64,000 nt of DNA from positions 411,618,001 to 411,682,000 of the forward strand of contig OZ024741.1 in the NCBI GenBank assembly GCA_964016885.1. The letters are read 5' to 3'. Positions 44,159 through 57,200 of the stretch are shown piece by piece (positions within the stretch are counted from its first letter, which is position 1; each line of letters begins with the position of its first letter). The position numbers and the translations under genes were made by a program. The DNA is from Eledone cirrhosa. Lineage: Eukaryota. Below the pieces are notes generated by a model. The model saw nothing but the letters and a program-made list of their open reading frames with translations, was not told the DNA's origin and searched no databases.

Positions 44159-46337
44159 CTGTAACAGTTAAAATATACTTTATTAATAACATCATTTTAA
44201 TTAGAAAAATATATAATACACAATAACAACAAAAGCATTTTAAGGCCATTTTTCCCTAACAAGATTAGTACTCATCAGGAGATATTTTTGAGGCAATGTT
44301 TCGTGGCTAGATACCCTTGCTGATACCAACTCTTTTAGATGCCTCTTATGATACAGAGATACAGTGTACCCATTGTAAACCAGATATACACAGGGATACA
44401 GTGTAGCTATTGTAAACCAGATATACAAGGATACAGTGTACCTATTGTAAAACTGGGATATACTGTAGAATATAAAGAAATATATTTATGAAAGAAATAC
44501 AGACAGGAACATTCAAGGGGAGACAAGATACTCATGTGTCACCCCATATTTGGGACATCATTTGTAACATATTCTCCACTGTAAAGCTTTATATTTCAAC
44601 CATAATCCCAGGAGCTGCTGCCTGTAATACAGAACAGACTGGGAAGAAGGAATACCAGTCATTACTAGAGAAGCTCCACGTTTGGTGGAAGATATTCTCA
44701 AATCTAAACCTTTACAACAGATTTCACTCTCCTAAAGGTACTCAGTCAGGTAAGTTGTCTTAAACCATTTGTCAGATTAAATCTACCTGTCATTGGACCA
44801 CATTATGAATGGATTTTTTTACAGTTTGTGATAATAAATGATAAAAGATTGTTGCATTACCTCCCTTAACCTACTAGAGTTGGCTCTCACAGTTCTGTTA
44901 ATCCACCACCTCGAGGCTATTTTATTATTGCTGAAAGAATGTTCTTAAGCACATAAACCAATGTATGTCGTGTGGTCAGGTTGGCAACCCCACCAAACTT
45001 GCTTGCTTGGTGAGGAGTGGGATTTTTGGACACTCTGCCAGATGAAAAACAAAACATGTCAAATGGTGGATGCACCCAGGAGAGTCAATGGGGTGTAAAA
45101 GAAAAAAAAACTAGTAGCAGCTTGTTACCCTTAGTTGGGAGTGTCTTGGAGAAGGATCACTGATTTTAAAACCAGGGTAGATAGGACTGAAAGCAGATGA
45201 GGCTCTGTAGCCTGCTTCTGTGTAACGGTCAGACGAGGATTCGGAACCCACCGGTCACTTTTTCCCCCAAAATTAGAATTATGGACATAAGTACCATTGG
45301 TGCTATTGTCTATGGTCCCTGACCCTCGCAGGAATGAGGAGGGGAAGGGACCAATGAAAGAATGAAATCCAAAGGTGACATCAGTGTAATTTGAACTCAG
45401 AGACCCAGAACAAATATCTTGTTGGATGCTTAAACGACTCAACCAAATTAAACTTAATAATGACAACAATGCTAAATATTAAAGTTGTGAGTTTACCTTC
45501 TTCTAGAAACTTCCAACTCTTCCACATTGAACCAACACAAACAATCTGAAGACCCTCAGAACTTTTCAGTAATTGCTGGAATAGAAAAAAAAGCAAGTCT
45601 TATTCATCACACAATATATTGAGGCAATATACATATGTGTGTGACGACAAAAAACACCCAGCCCACACTGTAAAGTGGTCACATAGGTGTCATGATAAAG
45701 CACCCAGTTCAATATGTAAATGCGGTTGCTGTTAGGAAAGGCATCCAGCTGTAGAAACTAAGCCAAAACCAGTTCTGTATGAGCAAGAGATGGTCATTTG
45801 ATCTGGCTTGACTCAAAGGGTCAACTTGTCTAACCCATGCTAGTGTAGAAAAATGACATCAAACGGTGATTCTGATGCTATGTCTGTATGTGTGTGTAAT
45901 GTTTAAATCAGAACACAGCATGAATTAGAATGTGAGATGGGTAGAACAGGTTAATAAATATTAGCACATACCTCGTTAATCTTAGGTCCAATAGCATTGA
46001 TGTGTGCAGCTAACACCTTACCACATTCCTTGAACAGGTGTAAACAGAGAGTATCTTTATCACTTGCCCCTGAACAAATAAACAATTCTGTGTAATATTA
46101 GCACAAGGCAGCACTTCATGTGTGTGTGTGTGGGGGGGGGGGGGGGGTCACATTAAGCCCAGAACATTACTAGTACTTTATTTCATCAACCCTGAAAGGA
46201 TTTGAACACAGAACGTGAAGGCCTTGAATAAATGATGGCAAAGCATTTTGTTCGACACTACCGATTCTGCCAATCCACCAACCTCACTACAACAATGCCC
46301 CAATGACTCCATCTGGAGTTACATACATACATGAACC

Positions 46338-46369
<32 letters not shown>

Positions 46370-49300
46370 AAACCGTGATATTGTCGGGGAGAAATGATAA
46401 CGGTGTACTTGCCCTCACTGATACTGATAAGAAGGTACCTTGGAAGTGTCACTACAAGAGACTATTAAATGAGGAGAATAAATTGGAAAAGATAGTCTGC
46501 CCCAAATCGATCCAATAGAAGGACAAGCAGTGCAAGTTAAAGGTAGTATAATAAGTAAAGCAATCAAAGCAATGCTGCTGGGCCATCGGAGGTAGTTGCT
46601 GAGATGTTGAAAGCATCTGGAATGGTGGGACATACTATGGTGACCCGGATAGTAAACCAAGTAATACAGAATGGGGTCATACCAAAAGACTGGCGTAGCA
46701 GCATCATCATTAACTGCTACAAGGATAAAGGAAACTATAGAGGCATTAAGTTAGTTGACCAGGTCATGAAGGTCACAGGAAGAGTTATAGCACAACTAAT
46801 CAGAGCGAATTGATCTAGATGAAATGCAGTTTGGGTTTGTGTCAGGTAAAAGTACCACAGACGCTCTTTTCCTTGTACGACAACTACAGGAGAAGTACCT
46901 AGCTAAAAGTAAACCTCTCTACTTAGCTTTTGTAGACCTGGAGAAAGCCTTTGACAGAGTCCCCCGCTCCATTATCTGGTGGGTTCTTAGAAAACTAGGT
47001 GTAGATGAATGGCTTGTGAGAGCTATACAAGCTATGTATAAAGAAACCGTCAGTAAAGTTAGAATTAACAATGAATTTAGTGTAAAAGTTGGTATTCATC
47101 AAGGCCCTGTCCTTAGCCCCCTCCTATTTATTATTGCCCTTCAGGCTATAACAGAGGAGTTTAAGACCGGCTGCCCATGGGAACGTCTATACGCAGATGA
47201 TCTAACTCTCATAGCTGAATCTATGGCTGAACTAGAGAAGAAATTCCAAACTTGGAAGCATGGCCTAGAATTTCTAAGACTAAAGTTCTAATATGTAGAA
47301 AGGAAAATAGAGCACAGCTCCCCTCTGGGAAATGGCCATGGTCAGTGTGTAGGAAAGGAGTAGGTAGAAATTCCATTTTATGTCCCAAATGCAAACTATG
47401 GGTACATAAAAGATATAGTGGGATCACAGGTAGACTAAGAACGTAGACTTTATATGTGGCCGATGCTCAGGTGCAATAAGTAGCAAGTGTCCACAGGATA
47501 CTAGCTCTTTCTATTTCCCAGATGGTTCTATAGAAATAGTGGGCACTTTCCGTTACCTGGGTGACAAAATCAGCAGTGGTGGAGGTTGTGCTGAAATACA
47601 GTAAATGAAAGGCAAATTGTATGATGCCTGAATATGAACAGCAATGCTACATGGCAGTGAGACATAGGCATTGTGTGCAGAGGATATACACAGACTGGAG
47701 AGGAACGAAGCTTGCATGCTCCGTTGGATGCTCCATTGGATGTGTAATACATGAACGGCAAAGCATAAATGAACTAAGTGAGAAATTAGGAATAAGAGGG
47801 ATCAGATGTTGTTTACTCGAGAGAAGACTACGTTGGTATGGTCACGTGATGCGCATGAAAGATGACAGCTGTATAAAAAAGTGTAGGGTGATCAAAATTG
47901 ATGGTAGTTATGGAGTAGGTAGACCCAGAAAAACCTGGGCCGATTTTATAAATTCCAACCTTACACACTTGCACCTCTCTAAGACAATGTCACTGGACCG
48001 AGATCTTTGGCGCTACGCAGTAATACAGAAGACACGCCTTGCCTATGTACAAAGCGAAACCTACAGTCGGTAGGCACCCCTTAATCAAATATACAGCCCA
48101 ATCCACTACCCCTACCCTATCCTCCCACTCCTATCAACACCACCCTCTCTCTGTAAAGTTGGTACCACAACATCTACTCCAAATAAATATGAAATGGGAT
48201 TTTAAATCTGTTAAAAAAAGATTTTAACATTTAAAATCCCATTTCATATTTTTTATCCATAACATCTCTGTCTGATGACCGATCCGGACTTATATTATTA
48301 TTGTCTGGGATCCAGAAACCTCTGGTAATAGAGTAGTTATATTTTGTGTTGTTCACTTTCTAATTAAATAGCTCTGTTCTATATATAGAGCACTCTTTTT
48401 TCCTTTGCTTTTCCTTCGGAATTACCTAACACGTAAAACATTATATATCATCATCATCATCTTTTAACGTCCATATTCCACGCCTGCATGGGTCTGGACA
48501 GGAATTTTCCCACTTGAGACAAGATTGGTTGTCTTGCTCAGGACTGTCTGGCGGGTTTTCTACGGCTGGATGCCCTTCCTAACACCAACCACGTTTACAG
48601 TGTGGACTGGGAGGTTTTTACCGTGTTACCTACACGGCCACATTACAGCGTGGACTGTGTTTTTTTGTCGTGACACCTACACGACCTCATTTATTTCGGA
48701 CTGGATGTTGTGGTACCAACATAGCTTCACATTGAAGGGGGTGGTGTAGATGGCGGTAGGGGTAGTGGGACAGGGGTGTATTTTGGTTAAGGGGTGCCTA
48801 CTGACTGTAGGTTTCGCTTGTACTTAGGCAAGGTGGGTCTTCTGTATTACTACGTAGCGCCAAAGATCTCGGTTCAGTGACATTGTCTTGGAGAGGTGTA
48901 AGTGTGTGAGGTTGGATTTTATCAAGTCGTCCCAGGTTTTTCTGGGTCTGCCTACTCTGTAGCTACCGTCTATTTTGATCGCCCTGCACTTTTTTATACA
49001 GCTGTTGTCTTTCATGCACATCACATGACCATACCAACGTAGTCTTCTCTCGAGTAAACAACATCTGATCTCTCTTCTTCCTAATTACTCACTTAGTTCA
49101 TTTATGCTTTGCCGTTCGCGTATATTACTATTACACATCCAACGGAGCATGCAAGCTTCGTTCCTCTCCAGTCTGCGTAGATCCTCTGCACACAAGGCCC
49201 ATGTCTCACTGCCATGTAACATCGCTGTTCGTATGCAGGCATCATACAGCCTGCCTTTTATTTTTAGAGAGAAACCTTTAGCGGCCAATAGTGGTATGGC

Positions 49301-52300
49301 CAATAGTGGTATAAGCTCTCTGAACTTTTTCCATCCCGTTCGGGCTCTAGCTACAGTACTTTCGGAGCACCCTCCACCACTGCTGATTTTGTCACCCAGG
49401 TAACGGAAGGTGTCCACTATTTCTATAGAACCATCTGGGCAATGGAATGAGCTAGTATTCTGTGGGTATTTGCTGCTACTTATTGCACCAGAGCACCGGC
49501 CACATATAAAATCTTAGTTAGCTTACCTGTGATCCCACTACATCTTTTATGCACCCATACTTTGCATTTGGGACATAAAATGGAGTTTCTGCCTACTCCT
49601 TTCCTACACACTGAGCATGGCCATTTCCCAGATGGGACCGGTGCCCTATTCTCCTTTCTACAAACTAGAACTTTAGTCTTAGACAAGTTAACTTTAAGGC
49701 CTTTTGATTCTAGGCCATGCTTCCATGTTTGGAATTTCTTCTCTAGTTCAGCCATAGATTCAGCTATGAGCGTTAGATCATCTGTGTATAGAAGTTCCAA
49801 TGGGCAGCCGGTCTTGAACTCCTCCATTATAGCTTGGAGGGCGATAATAAATAGGAGGGGGCTAAGGACGGAGCCCTGATGAATACCAACTTTTACGCTA
49901 AACTCTTCACTATATTCGTTGGTAATTCTAACCTTCCTGACTGTTTCTTTATACATGGCTTGTATAGCTCTCACAAGCCATTCATCTACACCTAGTTTTC
50001 TCAGAGCCCACCAGATAATGGAGCAGGGGACTGTCAAAGGCTTTCTTCAGGTCTACAAAAGCTAAGTAGAGGGGTTTACTTTTAGCTAGGTACTTCTCAA
50101 CGCTGGGAAAAAAGTGCTGCTTGGTTCCTACACTATGAATCAACTTTTCAAATGGATTACACCTCCAATAACCCGTTCATAAACTTTGCAAACCCCCCAG
50201 CCACTAACAAACGAAGAAGGAAGCACCACACCGAAGATGAACTTCCCAACCTCGCTACCATAAGAAGGAACAAAAACCCTAGAAATCATCTCCCCCAGAA
50301 TGACATTTACAACTTTCCCCCTTCAAGGAGACACCATACCAAATCACTCAACTACTACGCGGATGCCTTATCGTCAAACATAGGGAAAAGATACCACCGC
50401 CATGATAGATGTAACAACTTCCCCGCTTCAAGGGGACAGCAAGGTAATTTCCATTTTCTCAACTCTCGCTTCCACAATACGCAACAAACCCACACCACAC
50501 GATACAACCAACAACGTAGGCCACCTATAATACCACAATCCAACATGACACATAGAAACACACACCCATACTCGCAATACAGGAACACCCCATTCAATCT
50601 ACAACCACGAACCCGAACCACATTTTACAATAACAAGGAATATAACAAACACAGGAGACCACTTAACATCAGCAGACAACCCCTCTACCCCAACCATTTT
50701 TTAGACACAGCACACAGATACAGGCAAACAAAATAACACAAGACAGGGAGGAGAAACCGATAGTAATAAAAATTATCAATCTAACTAGTGCAGAACCAAC
50801 ACCCAACCTTATCAACTTACTCTCCAAAGGTCTTAAGTTTACACCGACCCCACTACGTCCTAACTACTATGAAATGAAGGAAGACATCACAGACTTCTGT
50901 AGAAAGTTACGACTCAGTGAAGAACTATTCGACCAGTACAATGAGGATGAATCATTAGCCAGAAATAGAAGCAATTACACCCCATCAAAAGGTAGAAATA
51001 AAATCCTGGACGAATTCTGTGAACACATCACAAACTTCCCTTACCAACACTTGCACAGACAAAAACACAAGCCAAACCTCAACAAGAAAGAATGGGAAGA
51101 ATTAAATAGATTAAAAACCGACAGAACCATTACAATTAAAGAGGCTGATAAAGGGAGTACAGTAGTCCTAATGGAGACAGAATTCTATATCAACTTAGCG
51201 CTCTCCACTTTGGAAAACGAAACATACTACGAAAAGGCTGAACACTACAATCAACAGAAAATTATGAGAAACCTAAAAACTCTGATCAACCAATACAAAG
51301 AAGGACTCACTAACAAGGAATTCAGCTTCATCACAGACTTCACAAGTAAATCCAGCCTTTTCTACAGTATCCCTAAAGTACATAAAAGCGAATTAATAAG
51401 TAAGGCATGCAAGGAAGCCACAGACATAGTCATCAATGTCCCCTCACCCAATGATCTCAAATTAAGACCTATAATAGCAGGCCCCGCTTGCGAAACCCAC
51501 CGCCTTAGCAACTTCATTGATACCCTTCTCAAGCCTTTTCTCAAACACATCAAAAGCTATATAAGGGATGACCTAGATATGCTCAATCACCTCCCTAATA
51601 TGCCCCTTTCTGAACAAACCTTACTAGTGACGTTCGATGTAGTCAACCTATACTCCAACATCCCCCACAACCTAGGAATAGAAGTTATCCAATTCTGGCT
51701 GGATAATTACCACAATGAACTTCCACAACGCATCAAAAAAGAATTTGTGATAGAGGGACTCAAATTTATCTTGGAGAACAATTACTTCGTTTTCAATAAC
51801 AAACCCTACAGGCAGAAATCTGGGACCGCTATGGGAACGAAAACAGCCCCCACTTATGCCAACCTAGTCATGGGATACCTGGAAATCACCCTCTACACTA
51901 AAGTCCTAAACAAATTTGGAAACACTCTCCACTTACACATAGAAAGGAACTGGAAGCGATATCTAGATGACTGCTTCATCCTTTGGCACAAAAACATCGA
52001 GAAACTTAAAGAATTTCACACCCTTATAAATGGGCTCAACACGAATATTAACTTCACGATGGAATACAGCCATCAACAACTCCCCTTCCTCGACATCCTC
52101 ATTAAGATCCATAACAAAAAAATAGAAACAGACATATACTACAAGCCCACAGACTCCAAGCAATATCTTCCTTTCAACTCTTGCCACCCTAGACACGTTA
52201 AAATTAATATTCCCTACAACTTAGCCAAGAGAATCTGTACTATAGTCTCCAATAAAAACATCTGCTACTTAAGGCTACAAGAACTAAAGGACACACTCAT

Positions 52301-54229
52301 AGGTAGGAACTACCCTGCATCACTAATTGACAATGGAATCCAACGTGCCCTAAAACTCAGTATCCAGGACCTTAGACACCCTAAAGTAAATCAACCGAAA
52401 CTAAAAGCTCTTCCATACATCTCCACACACAACCCCCTCAACAATGAGGCCTTTGACACCATCCTCCAGAACATCCGTGTTGAAAAAGGAACATAGAATG
52501 AACCAAATCCTACGAACACACGATATCATAAAGAGCAAAAGACAATCTAAGTCAATGAAAAACCTCCTAACACATGCCAAAGTACTGCCAAACACAACAA
52601 CGAAACCCACAGTAAAAAAATGCGATAGACCCAACTGTGGCATATGCATCAACCTAATAGAGGGTTCGGAATTCTATTTCAAAGAAGGTCAACGTTTTAT
52701 AGTAAAACACAATTTCACATGCGCATCAGAAATACTAATATATGTATTAACTTGCTCAGGTTGTCGAGAACAATACATAGGCCAGACCAAAAACAGCCTC
52801 CGCCAACGCATGACTGTCCATAGATCCCAAATTAAAATACGGGAATACAGGAAAATACCACTGAGTGAACACATTGATACCTGTGCCGCCCAAAATCATC
52901 CCAACTTTAGAATCTTTCCCCTCTACAAATTTTAAAATAATGCCACCCACACCCAGCGCATCAGCAAGGAATCTTACTTTATTAACAAATACGGACCCCA
53001 TCTAAACACTTCTCCCTAAGACGAACCCACAACATACACATGTCAACATACATACCTACATCAGCATACATCTCTATCCACATATAAACACAATGACATA
53101 CGTAAACACACATGTTCTATGGTGCAACACAAATATACACAAATTTGCATACCTTTTGATGTCTATAGATATAAACGTGCTGACACACACACGTACATAA
53201 ACGCACACATGCATTGCACACTGATGGGCACATACATATTTGTACACAAGTATTCCAATACGGCAAGGCCTAATGGATTCCCCTTGCAGTACATACAATC
53301 TGGACACACACACACACCTTGGTCTTATGACAATACTATATATCATTTCACACCTTTTATTATTAAGGTTTTTGATGTTCTATTGAGAGAATCGTTTTTA
53401 TTGAAAATATCGAATAATGTACACCATTTTACCAGTATCACAAAAATACTGGTCCACCCACACACACACACACACACACATTCTCACACACACACATATA
53501 TATACACACGCGTACATTAACATACAAAGAGACATATACATACACACACTTCTCCGTATAAGACAAGAGCTGAAAAATATCTTTTAACATGTTAAAATAA
53601 CCCCCACACACTTACAGACACATTCCTACTGACCATCCCTCTACCACGAATTACTCTGCTACACACACACACACACACTTGTCTTAATAGGCATTTGAAC
53701 TGTCAACAGGCTGCGGTTCGCGCACACATCCCTGCTGACCATTATCACAACAACGAACCTCTTTACTACTACTACACACACACATATTTGTTTTGAAAGA
53801 CTTATTTTTCAGTGACTTCTCAATCAGCCGACACAAACCTACATTTGGCGCAAAATCAATTTTTAACATTCACATGACCTCTACCGACCAATCAAAATTG
53901 TTTTGACCACAAGAATTTTTGCAACACGAATTGGCGCGAAACTTATTTTAATACCTCTGGAGCCACTTTTTTCACATAAAAACAGGTAGAATTTCCAAAA
54001 CTAATCAGATTAGAGCAAACATCACGGACGCTCTATCTCAAAATTATTTTTGAAAAGCATTAGAAATGCGCAACCGGTAAAACTTAAAACCAAAACTGAA
54101 TACTAACCAATACTATTACTAATTTTCACTTATTTTTAATTAAACTATTTTTCACTGTGAACAATTTGTCAGCATTTTCTTTTCCATTTACCAATATATC
54201 ATAACTCGTGAGTTACACCTCTAGTCTTT

Positions 54230-54276
<47 letters not shown>

Positions 54277-57200
54277 TGTTGGCTAGAATTGGTAGAACTA
54301 TTTCAAACCATATTTACCTTTCACAATCTCTAGACACAATCTAGCAATGTTAGCTTTTTCAAATTTTGTATAAAGGTAATCCAACAATTGAGCTTTATTA
54401 GAGATCTGAATTAAAAGAAAGTAGATATTGATATTAATTAGTAATACTAATTAGCAATATAAAAAATAATTAACAATTACTTTTTATCTTTACACTGGAT
54501 TTTCATCCTGTAACTTACCTTGGATTCTACCAGGATTTCTGTTATGGATTACTGAAGAATTTTTCACAGTATTTTGCCAAACATCAATGAAGTCTTAGAC
54601 TTTCTACTCCTGTTTTCTCATACTACTTCACAGCACTAGAGAGGTTGTTGTACCCTTGACACAAGAGTCCTCTCAACCTCTTTCTTTGTTGGGCATGGTT
54701 TCTACAGTTAGATGTCCTTCCTAAAACCGAACTCTTTACAGGGTGTGCAAGGTGCATTTCTTGTGGAACCACCTCTAGAGCGGTTGTCATGCTGTGATTG
54801 AAGGGTCTTCTCAACTCTTTTAGAATTATTTCTGTGACTGGAGGCCATTCCTAATATATTATTCAGCAGTCTACCAAGTGCATTTTATCGTGACACCAGC
54901 ACAAGGGAGACTGTCATGTCTTTGACACAACAAAAGGGTCCTCCGAATCCTTCCACAACTTTACAGTGTGTTCTGGGTACATTTCTTGTATAGATCACCA
55001 ACACTAGGAAGATTGTCATGTCGTTGACACAAACAAAGAGTCCTGCCAACCCTTTGTTTGGTAAGCTTTCTATGACTGTGTACCCTTCCTAACATCAACA
55101 ACTTTACAGAGTGTACTGGGTGTCCTTATCACCAACAACTTTACAGAGTGTACTGGGTGTCCTTCCGATCACCAACAACTTTAAAGTGTACTGGATGATT
55201 TTAAAAATAATTTTATCAACTTTGCTACAAAAGAAAATAACCATAGCAACAGACAGAAGCTGGTCTCAGGTGCTCCTCAAGTGGTCATATTCTCATGTCA
55301 CCATAGCAACTTATTACCAGGTTAAGAAAGAACAGATTATATGGAAATGTAAAACTAGTTGTCCCCAAAACGGGGCACAACCATACAGGATGGGGTCAGT
55401 TTGAATATTTAAGGCAACAACCTAAAAATGATGTTAATGAGAACAAACTTCAGGTTTTACCTTATTACATTTATACCAGGGTAACTTTGGTAGACATTAC
55501 TGTCAGAAACTCCGGTCTCACCTCCTCCATGGTAGACATTACTGTCAGAAACTCCGGTCTCACCTCCTCCATAGTAGACATTACTGTCAGAAACTCCTGT
55601 CTCACCTCCTCCATGGTAGACATTACTGTCAGAAACACCTGTCTCAACTCCTCCATGGTAGACATTACTGTCAGAAACTCCGGTCTCACCTCCTCCATGG
55701 TAGACATTACTGTCAGAAACTCCTGTCTCACCTCCTCCATAGTAGACATTACTGTCAGAAACTCCTGTCTCACCTCCTCCATGGTAGACATTACTGTCAG
55801 AAACACCTGTCTCAACTCCTCCATGGTAGACATTACTGTCAGAAACTCCGGTCTCACCTCCTCCATGGTAGACATTACTGTCAGAAACTCCTGTCTCACC
55901 TCCTCCATGGTAGACATTACTGTCAGAAACTGATGACAACGTCAAAGATGCTGACTTACCTTAAAATGTCGAAAGACGGCTTCCTTCACATAAGAAACAT
56001 CGTAAGGACACACAGCAAAGTTGTCTTCGTGGTCATACAATGTCTTTATGGCTAACAGTGAGATCCAGTAGGCTGTACATAGAGAAAAGATAGGTGGTAG
56101 TGGTGGTACATTGGTGGTGGTAGTGTAATGGTGGTGGTAGTGGTGGTACAGTGGTTGTAGTAGGGTAATGGTGGTGGTAGTGGTGGTGCTAGTGTAGTGG
56201 TGGTTGTAGTGTAGTGGTGGTACAGTGGTGGTGGTAGTGTAGTGGTGTGACGGTGGTAGTGTAGTAGTGGTACAGTGGCGTTGGTAGTGTAGTGTAGTGG
56301 TGGTACAGTGGTGGTGGTAGTGTAGTGGTGGTACAGTAGTAGTGGTAGTGTAGTGGTGGTACAGTGATGGTGGTAGTGTAGTGGTGGTACAGTGGTGGCG
56401 GTAGTGTAGTGGTGTGACAGTGGTGGCGGTAGTGTAGTGGTGTGACAGTGGTAGCGGTAGTGTAGTGGTGTGACAGTGGTAGTGGTGGTGTAGTGGTGGT
56501 GATAGTGTAGTGGTGGTGGTAGTGTAGTGGTGTGACAGCGCAGTGCAGTATGGTGTGACAGTACAGTGTAGTGTAGTGTGGTGTAGTGGTGTGACAGTGC
56601 AGCATGGTGTAGTGTAGTGGTGTGATAGTGCAGTGTAGTGTGGTGTAGTGGTGTGACAGTGCAGCATGGTGTAGTGTAGTGATGTGACAGTGCAGTGTGG
56701 TGTAGTGGTGTGACAGTGTAGTGTAGTGGTGTGACAGTGCAGTGTAGTGTAGTAGTGTGGTGTAGTGGTGTGACAGTGCAGTGTGGTGTAGTGGTGTGAC
56801 AGTGTAGTGTAGTGGTGTGACAGTGCAGTGTGATGTAGTGTAGTGTGGTGTAGTGGTGTGACAGTGTAGTGTAGTGGTGTGACAGTGCAGTGTAGTGTAG
56901 TAGTGTGGTGTAGTGGTGTGACAGTGCAGTGTGGTGTAGTGGTGTGACAGTGCAGTGTGATGTAGTGTAGTGTGGTGTAGTGGTGTGACAGTGTAGTGTA
57001 GTGTGGTGTAGTGGTGTGACAGTGTAGTGTAGTGTGGTGTAGTGGTGTGACAGTGTAGTGTAGTGTGGTGTAGTGGTGTGACAGTGTAGTGTAGTGTGGT
57101 GTAGTGGTGTGACAGTGCAATGTGGTGTAGTGTAGTGGTGTGACAGTGCAGTGTGATGTAGTGTAGTGGTGTGACAGTGCAGTGTGATGTAGTGTAGTGG

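Noticed and set aside
44240-44285. CTGATGA...GAAA on the minus strand, possible hammerhead
   Set aside because: No convincing stem I or stem III, and it adjoins a decayed RTE tail.
48185-50152. Hammerhead cassette as the displaced 5' pseudo-LTR of the 50099 Penelope element
   Set aside because: No target-site duplication around RTE copy B and no visible similarity to the element's 3' end; left unresolved and not claimed.
55930-55950. CTGATGA near the NAGK donor (similar cores at ~49876, and on the minus strand at ~29533 and ~38735)
   Set aside because: No GAAA or stem architecture; these lie in coding sequence or are chance matches.
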